In this document: positions 56,567 through 64,000 of the stretch, piece after piece
How the letters are laid out: every line of letters begins with the position of its first letter
How positions within the stretch are numbered: position 1 is the first letter of the stretch
Source: an uncultured Actinomycetes bacterium
GTDB taxonomy: Bacteria > Actinomycetota > Thermoleophilia > RBG-16-64-13
Reading direction: 5' to 3'
Assembly (NCBI GenBank): GCA_963706025.1
Contig: CAVPLM010000020.1
Span: 58,293 to 122,292 of the forward strand
Length of the DNA stretch: 64,000 nucleotides
Made by a program: the position numbers and the translations under genes
Notes under the pieces: model-generated
Databases searched by the model: none
Told to the model about the DNA's origin: nothing
The model's input: only the letters and a program-made list of their open reading frames with translations

Positions 56567-56821
56567 GTGAGCTCAGTCATGGCCAAAGGCAAGGGATTTG
56601 AATTGATCCCCCAGGCCGTCCCCACTCGGCAACGGTCAGGTTTCTACAGAGAGATCATCACTGAGTTCTTAGACAGTGGTGAAAGAAGCGTGGCTGTTGT
56701 CGGCACCGACCGCAAGCCGGTCACCTTGGTGCAGGGACTGCGCAAGGTCCTGGAGACGGAGAATGTCCAGGGCGTCAAAGTCGTCCAGCGCTCGCAGGGG
56801 ATCTTCCTGACGAGGGATTGA
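56567..56821 (+). CDS. hypothetical 80-84-aa protein (orphan, no family recognised)
   Basis: The only ORF with reasonable codon bias in a lower-GC island. The start is GTG 56567 or ATG 56579. An AT-rich promoter-like region precedes it (TTGTCA ... TATATG) and a terminator hairpin follows. Confidence 0.45.
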   Translation: MSSVMAKGKGFELIPQAVPTRQRSGFYREIITEFLDSGERSVAVVGTDRKPVTLVQGLRKVLETENVQGVKVVQRSQGIFLTRD

Positions 56822-56889
56822 GCACGGCTCGGTGCGCGCCAGGGGCACTGCCGGCCGCTCGCGGACCTCGCGGCTGCTCGCCAGTAGAA

Positions 56890-56913
56890 GAGGCCGCCCC
56901 GAAGGGCGGCCTC
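56890..56913. terminator. bidirectional terminator hairpin between convergent genes
   Basis: GAGGCCGCCC-cgaa-GGGCGGCCTC, a 10-bp stem with a GNRA-like loop, followed by a T-containing tract (...cttcctatttgg). Confidence 0.6.
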
Positions 56914-56983
56914 GCGCTTCCTATTTGGGACCCACTTCGCCGGTCATCGGGCCGGGTCCGCAATCGCTGCTTCTTGTTCGCGA

Positions 56984-57610
56984 TCACTTCTTCCTATTTG
57001 CGATCTCCTCGGTGTTGTCCCTGATCCGGAAGAAGATGATGACCAGTTCCAGCCCCACCCGGGCGAACAACAGAGCGATGAAGCCCCAGATCAACGCCCC
57101 GATCAGCCAGAAGATCCCCACGGCTCCATAGCCGGTGAACCCGGCCACGATCATCCCCAGCACGCTCACCCCGATGACGACCATGGCGATGATGAAGAGC
57201 GCCTTGATGATGGTCGGCGTGATGAACTCCTGGAACGAGAAGTCGAAGAGGCGTTCAAAGAAGCCGCGCCTCGGCGGCGGAGTACTGAGCGGGGGGGTGC
57301 CGTACTGAGCCTGAGCCGTGTAGGGCGGGGGAGTGGGGGTTGGCGGAGGGGCGGCCGGCGCGGACGCAGTCACGGGGCCGGCCTGAGCAGCGGCCCCAGC
57401 CGCGGCGACCCCGGCGGCTCCGGCGGCCCCAGCCCCGGCCGTTCCGGCGGCTGCGGCTCCGGTGGCGGCACCGGCCGCTGCGGGCACGACCGTCTGAGCT
57501 ACCGGCTCTGCTGCCGGCGCCATCGGCATTCGAGTGCCACAAGTCTCGCAGAAGTCACCTGTCACCTGCGTGTGGCCGCAGTTCGCGCAGGTCTTCTCGA
57601 CATCAGCCAC
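56984..57610 (-). CDS. zinc-ribbon / DUF4282-domain membrane protein
   Basis: N-terminal CANCG...CETCG zinc ribbon and a long Ala/Gly/Pro low-complexity linker. The C-terminal ...FERLFDFSFQEFITPTIIKALFIIAMVV... plus two TM helices matches DUF4282 as I recall it. Confidence 0.75.
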   Translation of the reverse strand: MADVEKTCANCGHTQVTGDFCETCGTRMPMAPAAEPVAQTVVPAAAGAATGAAAAGTAGAGAAGAAGVAAAGAAAQAGPVTASAPAAPPPTPTPPPYTAQAQYGTPPLSTPPPRRGFFERLFDFSFQEFITPTIIKALFIIAMVVIGVSVLGMIVAGFTGYGAVGIFWLIGALIWGFIALLFARVGLELVIIFFRIRDNTEEIANRKK

Positions 57611-58059
57611 GTCGCCTCCTCTCCATACCTTTCCGTACTCCGGTCACGTCGCAGAGCCGATCTCAAGGGGAATCCCGGCCGGCTCTGATGTCCAAGGTAC
57701 GTGGACCTCGCCACCCTGTCAACGTGGCCGGTTCCACCGCCGCCTCGATCCAGAACCCGCGACCCGTCCGGCCACCGCCGCGATTCAGCGTTTGAAGGAT
57801 GCTGCCGATAGGTGACATGCAGCGCCGGGACGAAAAAGTGGGGCGGCTGAGGCTAAACGAGACGCTGGACTCTCCGGCGAAACGGAGGCTACTCGGCGCG
57901 TGCGAATTGCTCTAAGACGGAAAACGTGATTGAATGGGCGTAGAAAGGCCGCGGAACGGGTTTTGTTCCAGTCGATATGCGGGTACGCAATGCAGCACCG
58001 CAAACATACCGATCTAGCCCTGTATTCGGGAGGTCGTCTGTCCACTATGAGGATAACTG

Positions 58060-60001
58060 ATGGGGACTAGTCCATTCGCTCGCCTGCGTGCCCGGCACCT
58101 CCAGGTCATGGCAGTGGACGTGGCCGTGATCCTGGTGACGTACTACGCGGTGCTCAACTTCCGCTACGCGGGGACCGTGGTCGACTGGGAATCCTGGACC
58201 GCGGATTTCGCCATCTTCGCGGCCATCGCGGTAGTCGTGCATCTGGCCGTGAACTGGCTGACGGGCGTGTATACGATCGTCGGGCGCTATATGAGCCTGG
58301 CTCAGGCCGTGAGGGTAGGGCAGGCGGGGATCATCTCGGTCGCCATCCTGTTCATCGTGGTGCTGGTCTGGCCCCTCTCCACAGGCGACTCCAGCTATCT
58401 GGTGCCTCGGTCCGTGGTGGTGGGCGGGGGATTGGTCACCGTCATCTTCATGATCGGCTGGCGTTTCTCGCGCCGCGTGCTCCACGAGAGCATGCACAGG
58501 AACGGCGAGGCGACAGAGCAGGTCCTCCTTGTCGGGGCCGGCCAAGCTGCCGACATGCTCATCCGCGAGATCCAACGCACTCCCGCCCTCAACATCAAGG
58601 TGGCGGGGCTGGTCGACGACAATGCCGGTCTCCGGAACATGACGATCCAGGGCTTCCCGGTGCTGGGCACCATCGCCGACGTTCCCGCTTTGGCCGACGA
58701 AGCTCGAAGTGACCCAGATCATCGTGGCCATCCCTTCGGCCTCCGCTGAAGAGGTCGCACGGATCTATCGCACCTGCAAGCCCGCCGGCGTGCCGATCAA
58801 GATCCTGCCCAGCCTGGCCGACCTGGTCTCGGGGACCGTCAGCCTGGGCGACGCCCGCGACCTCGATATCAAGGACCTCCTAGGGCGACCCAAGATCGAG
58901 ACCGACCTAGGCGCCATCTCGGACTACATCCATGGTCATACGGTCTTGGTGACCGGGGCCGGAGGATCTATCGGCTCGGAGCTGTGCCGGCAGCTCGCCC
59001 GTTTCGACCCCGGCCGGCTGGTGCTGGTCGATCACGACGAGTCGTCGCTCTACGACCTCCACGAACGTCTGCAGAGCCTGGGGTACACGCGCTACGTGCT
59101 CTGCCCGACGAGTATCCTCCAGAAGCGAAAAGTGGAGAAGCTCTTCGCCCTTCATCGTCCCCGCTTGGTCTTCCATGCCGCGGCCTACAAGCATGTGCCT
59201 CTGATGGAGCTGAGTCCCGACGAAGCCGTGCTCAACAACATCCAAGGCACCCTACTGGTAGCCGAAGCCGCTGCCCGCTTCGGGGTGGAACGGTTCGTGA
59301 ACATCTCCACCGACAAGGCCGTGGAGCCGTGCAACGTCATGGGAGCTACCAAGAGGGCGGGCGAGTTGATCGTGCGCATGCTCGCCGACCGGCACCCCGA
59401 CACGCTCTTCGCCTCGGTCCGGTTCGGCAACGTTCTGGGCAGCCAGGGGAGCGTGATCCCCATCTTCAAGAGCCAGATCGAGAGCGGGGGACCGTTGGTC
59501 ATCACCCACCCGGAGATGACCCGCTATTTCATGCTCATCGAGGAGGCGGTCCAGCTCGTCCTCCAGGCGGCCGTCATGCTGGATGAGAACGGGTACGACC
59601 AGGAGCTGAGTCTCAATACGTTCGTCCTGGAGATGGGTGATCCGGTGCCGATCATCGAAGTGGCCCAACGGATGATCGACTTCTACTGGAAAGACCAGGC
59701 CCGGTCTATCGGGGTGGAGTTCTCCGGGCTGCGTCCCGGCGAGAAGCTGGACGAGCAGCTTGTCTACCCCTACGAGGAAGCGGTGACCACCAGCCACCCG
59801 CTGATCAAGCGGGTCTGCGCCAAACCGGGCCTCTCAGTCAACGGCCACGGTGAGCACTTCGAGCATGGTCTGCACCATCTCATCGGGCTCGCTCATGACC
59901 ACGGAGACGGCCGCGCCATCGTCGGCGCGCTCATGCAATGCGTCCCGGAATACGCGCCTCTTGAGAAACTCGCTCTTGAGAAACCCGTGGCTCTGGTTTA
60001 G
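58060..60001 (+). CDS. membrane-bound nucleotide-sugar 4,6-dehydratase/epimerase (CapD/PglF/WbpM-like), frameshift about 58697
   Basis: The N-terminal 4-TM domain and first Rossmann-like region lie in frame A, which ends artificially at 58749. Frame B continues ...LEVTQIIVAIPSAS...VLVTGAGGSIGSEL...AAYKHVP...NISTDKAV...MTRYFM.... GAGGAT RBS. Confidence 0.9.
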
Positions 60002-60089
60002 ACTCTTGTAAACTCTGGTAGATTGTTTTCCACTTATGGAAGAACACATGGGCGTAATGGACAGGATGTAGAACTCGAGGAGGGACAGA

Positions 60090-60486
60090 TGACCAAACGA
60101 TTGATAGTACTGATCCTGGGCGCAGCGGTAATCCTCCTATTGATGACGTCGGTGGCTCTGGCCTCAGCGCAGAATCCTGCTACGCCGCAGGATATCTACG
60201 ACGATTACGCGGGCATCTACCAGACACGGGTCAACCCGGCAAACTCGACGGGCCGAAGACCCCTTATACGGACGAGGAGCTGCAGGCCTACCTGGACGAC
60301 GCCACCATCCATATGTACGGTGACTCGTCTGTCACTGATCCATTAGACGACCTGGTGACCGACATGCTGACCCGGGATGAGTTCCCGTTCACCGGGTTCC
60401 AGCTCATGATCGCCGGGATCGTCGCGGTTGCCCTGGTGGGTGGCGGCATCGCCCTGCGTCGTCTCTCGCGGCCGCAGAAATCCTGA
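60090..60486 (+). CDS. hypothetical secreted protein with C-terminal FPFTG-TM-basic tail (frameshift about 60215)
   Basis: GGAGGG RBS and signal peptide MTKRLIVLILGAAVILLLMTSVALASA. The second frame reads ...GKLDGPKTPYTDEELQAYLDDATIHMYGDSSVTDPLDDLVTDMLTRDEFPFTGFQLMIAGIVAVALVGGGIALRRLSRPQKS. Confidence 0.5.
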
Positions 60487-60512
60487 TCCTACCCGCGGGT
60501 CGGTGGTAGGGC

Positions 60513-63222
60513 TTGAGTCCCGCGGACAGCACCGTTCCTGAGGACGGGAGCCGCCTCCGCACCGCGACATATTGGGCAGCACCGCTCGCCGTTCTCTTCG
60601 CGCTCTGGCTGTGGCTCGCCTTCTCTTCGGGGGGATACCTACCCCGCCAATGGCTGCCGGCCGGCCTTGTCCTTGGCCTGTTCGGCTTGGTGGTAGCCGT
60701 CTTCATCGCCTACCCTCGGCGCCCCCGCCAGCTTTCGCTGGCAGTGCTGACTCTATTCGGCTTGTTTGCCGTCTGGGTCGCGTTCTCGGCGCTCTGGGCA
60801 GACTCCGTCACCCGGGTGTGGCTGGAGGCCGCGCGCACTTTCGGCTTCCTGCTGGTCTTTGCCCTCGCACTCCTATACCTCACCGATCCCCGGGCGAGAA
60901 GGGTGTTCCGCTACCTGGTGATGGGGGCCGCCTTCGTTCTGCTCGCGGCATGCGTGTGGCGACTGTGGTCGACCGGCAACATCGCCGGCTTGTTCAACGA
61001 CAACCGTCTCTACTACCCACTGAGCTATCCCAACAACGCCGCGACGCTCTTCCTTGTCGCCTTTTGGCCGCTCATGTGGCTGGCGGCCGGCAAGGAAGAG
61101 AGGGCTCCGGTCCGGGGCATAGCGCTCGGCCTGGCGACCGGTCTACTCGGTCTGACCATCATGACTCAATCGCGCGGGGCCATGTGGAGCATGGCCATCA
61201 CCTTGGTGCTCGCTTTCATCGTCACACCGATCCGTTTGCGAACGCTGTTCTATCTGCTGGTCCCCGCCCTACTCATGGTCTATGCGTTCCCCCACTTGAA
61301 TCGCTACTGGCTGGAAGGCCCGGAGGCGGTGGGCGGGGCAGTCGCGGCGCGCAGCCTCTCTGGTGGCATCGATCACCGCCGCCTTCATAGGAATGATCGT
61401 GGCCTTACTCGAACGCTGGGTGAGGGTCAGCAGGAGGATGAAGGCCGTCTTCGGCACCGTGATCCTGGTGGGGGTGGTGGCGTCGGCCGTATACGGTTCT
61501 GTAACGCTCACCAGCGACGTGGGCGGCCCCTTCGCATGGGTCTCTCGGAACTGGGAGCAGTTCACCAGCGATCAGGACCCGGAGGCGCCCTCGACTCCAG
61601 ACTCCGCGGCGGACTCCCGCTTTGCCGTGATCTCCTCGAGCGGGCGGATCGACATCTGGAGAGTAGGCTGGCAGGCGTTCCGGTCGTCTCCTGCTCTGGG
61701 GGTGGGAGCCGACAACTGGGTGTTCCAGTACGACCGCCTGCGGGAGCGGGCGCTGGCCAAATCGCAGCAGGTCCATTCCCTCGAGCTGCAGGTGCTGGGC
61801 GAGACCGGGATCGTGGGCGGAGTCTTCGCATTCGGCGGAGCACTGTTGGCTATGGGAGGGCTGCTGTGGCCACGATGCACGGCGGGATGGCGAGGGGCGC
61901 GGGAGACGTGGCTCAGACGCCGAAAGACCGCCGAGGCTTCCGGGGCGAACCCGCGCTTATGTAACCCCCGGTGGGGAAACGACCCCGCGGCTTACGGCTG
62001 GGAGACGGCCTTGTTCGTGGGCATCGCCTACTGGATCATCCATGCCAGCGTTGACTGGCAATGGCAGATGGCGGGAGTGAGCATCCCCATGCTGCTGTTC
62101 CTTGCAGCTGGTGTGGCCGCCGTCGATGCCCGGGCCGGCGTCTTGTGGCCCCGGTGGAATCGGTGGCTCAGGTTGCGGGCGCATACGGACCACGGGGCCG
62201 GTGTTGTCGAGAGTCAACCCGAGGGTGCCGGCCGGGAACCCGACTCGCGCGCGAGGCGCAGCGCCCGACTCCGCCCAGGAGCAGGCGGTGGGCGAAGGGC
62301 AGGTCGAGACGCTGCTGCCGATCAGGAGGTCGGAGAAATACCTCTCCAAACAGGGCCGTCGCCGTCGCAAGGAGGCACGCAGGCGCAGCAATGCAGAGCG
62401 TCTCCAGCCCCCCGGGGTCCTTTCGCCCGTGTTCCGACTCCTGCTCCTCGCTCTCTCGCTGATCGTGATCCTGAGCGCGGGTCTTCCCTACCTCTCCCTT
62501 CAGATCCAGAACTCGGCCCTGGGAATCGCCGACACCGACGGCGTGCGCGCCGCAGCCCGGGCGGAAGCCGCCCGGTGGCTGCAGCCGGCAGATCCGGCCC
62601 CGTTCCTCACCCAGGCCGCCATCTACTCGAGCGCCGCTTCGAGAGCCGCCGCCTCCGGCGCCCCCGACCGGACGGGCGCCGTCCTCGACAACCTTGCCCT
62701 GAGCATCCGCAGCTACGAGAACGCCATTGCCAACGACCCGGCCGATTGGGCGCTCCGCTACCGGGCCGGATTGGCAACGTTGAACCTGCTCTTGGCCTCC
62801 GAATACGCGGCCGGCCGGGATCCGGCTCTTGACTATGCCACGCTCGCCCCCTTGGTCCCCGGGCTGCGAGGACTGGTCCGCGCTGTCCGGCTCCGGGCTA
62901 GCGCTGCCGCGAGCCCGGCGCAGCCGCGGGGTCGCTGGCCAAGACCGCGGAGACCCGGCAGATCGCGGAGGAGTATCGGGCTCTGTCGCCGGCCGAGCTT
63001 CGCCAACGGGCGCTCGAGTTCCTGGAGGCCGCCAAGGAGCGGAATCCGCTGGCCGGCCAGGTGACGGAGGCGATCAACACCGTGCGAGCAGGTCGCAGGA
63101 GCCTTGACCGGTGGGTTCCGAAGGCGCCGGTACCCTCAGCGTTACCGTTTACTCGTGCTAACCTGACCACGATGCGGCGCGAACGCGCGAACAACCTGGT
63201 GAATAGACATGCCCGAATTTGA
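60513..63222 (+). CDS. O-antigen ligase/polymerase-like (Wzy_C) polytopic membrane protein with long C-terminal helical (TPR-like) extension, at least 3 frameshifts
   Basis: About 10 TM helices with the Wzy_C hallmarks ...IMTQSRGAMWSMAI... and ...SGRIDIWRVGWQAFRSSPALGVGADNW.... A further TM helix (VFRLLLLALSLIVILSAG) and a helical-repeat tail follow (...SIRSYENAIANDPADWALRYRAGLA..., ...AEEYRALSPAELRQRALEFLEAAKERNP...). Frame switches lie at about 61358, 62275 and 62900-62935. The TTG start and the exact stop are uncertain. Confidence 0.65.
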
Positions 63223-64000
63223 AGAGCAGACTCAGCAAGCCCCGGCCCCGGAGTTGACGGATTATCTCCGGGTGATCCGCGAGCGGGCCTGGGTCATAAT
63301 CCTGGCGGTGATCGTCGTCGTAGGGGCGGCGATGGCGATGTCCTATACCGCCACCCCGATGTACCGAGCGTCCTCCAAGCTCGTCTACAAGACGAACACC
63401 CTGGATAGGGCGCTGTTCGGGGCTCAGGTCTTCGCCAACACCGACCAGCCTCGCGACGTCGAGACCGGAGCCGAGCTGGTGAAGCTCCCGCAAGTGGCCG
63501 AGGCCGTCAAGAAGCAGCTGAACTCCTCGTTGTCCGCCGGGCAGTTGCTGGGCATGATCAGCGTCACGCCGTCCAGCACCACCAACATCGTCCAGATCGA
63601 TGCCGTCAGCGACGATCCAAACGAAGCGGCAGAGGTGGCCAACGCCTTCGCCGAACAGTTCGTCATCATCCGCCAGAACGCAGATAGGGCCGTCGTCGCG
63701 GGAGCCCGGGATCTGGTCAAGGACCAACTCGACAGCCTGAGCCCCACCGATGCCAGCTCCGAGTACGGTCTGATGCTCAAGGACAAGTACGAGAGTCTGC
63801 GGATCCTCGAGTCCATGCAGAACGGCGGGTTCACTCTCGTCCAAATGGCCGTTCCGCCCTCTCGCCCCTTCTCACCCCAGCCGATCCGTAACGGCCTCCT
63901 GGCCCTTGCCGTGGGCCTCGTGCTCGGGCTCGGACTCGCGTTCCTGCTCAACTACTTCGACAGGCGCATCAAGGACGTCAAGGCTCTGGAGAGTTCCTTT
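63209..64000 (+). CDS. Wzz-domain polysaccharide chain-length determinant / co-polymerase (N-terminal part, 3' end outside the window)
   Basis: This frame is open from ATG 63209 to the window end and is absent from the ORF track because it has no stop. It has TM1 (AWVIILAVIVVVGAAMAM), ...YRASSKLVY..., a coiled-coil periplasmic region and a Pro-rich motif before TM2 (PPSRPFSPQPIRNGLLALAVGLVLGLGLAFLL). Confidence 0.8.
   Translation, partial: MPEFEEQTQQAPAPELTDYLRVIRERAWVIILAVIVVVGAAMAMSYTATPMYRASSKLVYKTNTLDRALFGAQVFANTDQPRDVETGAELVKLPQVAEAVKKQLNSSLSAGQLLGMISVTPSSTTNIVQIDAVSDDPNEAAEVANAFAEQFVIIRQNADRAVVAGARDLVKDQLDSLSPTDASSEYGLMLKDKYESLRILESMQNGGFTLVQMAVPPSRPFSPQPIRNGLLALAVGLVLGLGLAFLLNYFDRRIKDVKALESSF

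Noticed and set aside
57611-58059. c-di-GMP (GEMM-I) or other known riboswitch in the 450-nt spacer ahead of the PglF-like gene
   Set aside because: A superficial resemblance (ggtACGCAAtGCagcaccgc) does not extend to the paired GNRA tetraloop and receptor helices. I cannot support it without a covariance-model search. The spacer is flagged only as an unusually long leader.

Overview
High-GC (about 65-70% by eye) chromosomal segment from a Gram-positive-type bacterium. AGGAGG-type ribosome-binding sites are strong, and several genes look leaderless or translationally coupled. The order SRP RNA-dnaX-ybaB-recR-ask...asd is typical of Actinomycetota and high-GC Firmicutes-like lineages, but the phylum cannot be fixed from sequence alone. 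I call about 55 protein genes, one tRNA-Ser(GGA) and one long Bacillus-type SRP RNA. I see no rRNA, CRISPR array, transposase or integrase. Content from left to right: (1) 1-14 kb, metabolism and transport: CocE/NonD hydrolase, DEAD-box helicase, purC, methyltransferase, two GNATs, P-type ATPase, MFS, M29 aminopeptidase, SPFH protein. (2) 14.4-18.2 kb: a thioesterase-LuxE-LuxC-like fatty-acyl reductase operon. (3) 18.2-23.4 kb: an operon of FHA-FHA / FHA-ABCG exporter / TPR Ser-Thr kinase, reminiscent of mycobacterial Rv1747-PknF. (4) 24-34.6 kb: peptidases, a MarR-MFS pair, a HAD/AIR-synthase-like fusion, an ABC-2 exporter, an AEC transporter and an SRD5A-like reductase. (5) 34.7-40.3 kb: tRNA-Ser, SRP RNA, dnaX, ybaB, recR, ask. 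(6) 40.3-48.4 kb: a block between ask and asd holding an ABC-2 exporter, a GAF-PP2C phosphatase, a PAS-GAF-PAS-receiver sensor and a Tat-lipoprotein solute-binding protein. (7) 48.6-54.8 kb: asd, a metallophosphoesterase, an MrfA-like helicase with DUF1998, a TIGR00725/SLOG-like protein and a MurNAc-L-Ala amidase. (8) 54.9-64 kb: a cell-envelope polysaccharide locus with ugd, a lower-GC island carrying an orphan 84-aa gene and a zinc-ribbon/DUF4282 protein, a PglF/CapD-like dehydratase, a Wzy_C/O-antigen-ligase-like giant and a Wzz-domain protein. The main caveat is that roughly 25 single-base frameshifts interrupt otherwise conserved genes, including asd and recR, mostly after 22 kb. For those genes I give the reframed span. 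All family assignments rest on motifs and on my memory of the families; no database search was run.
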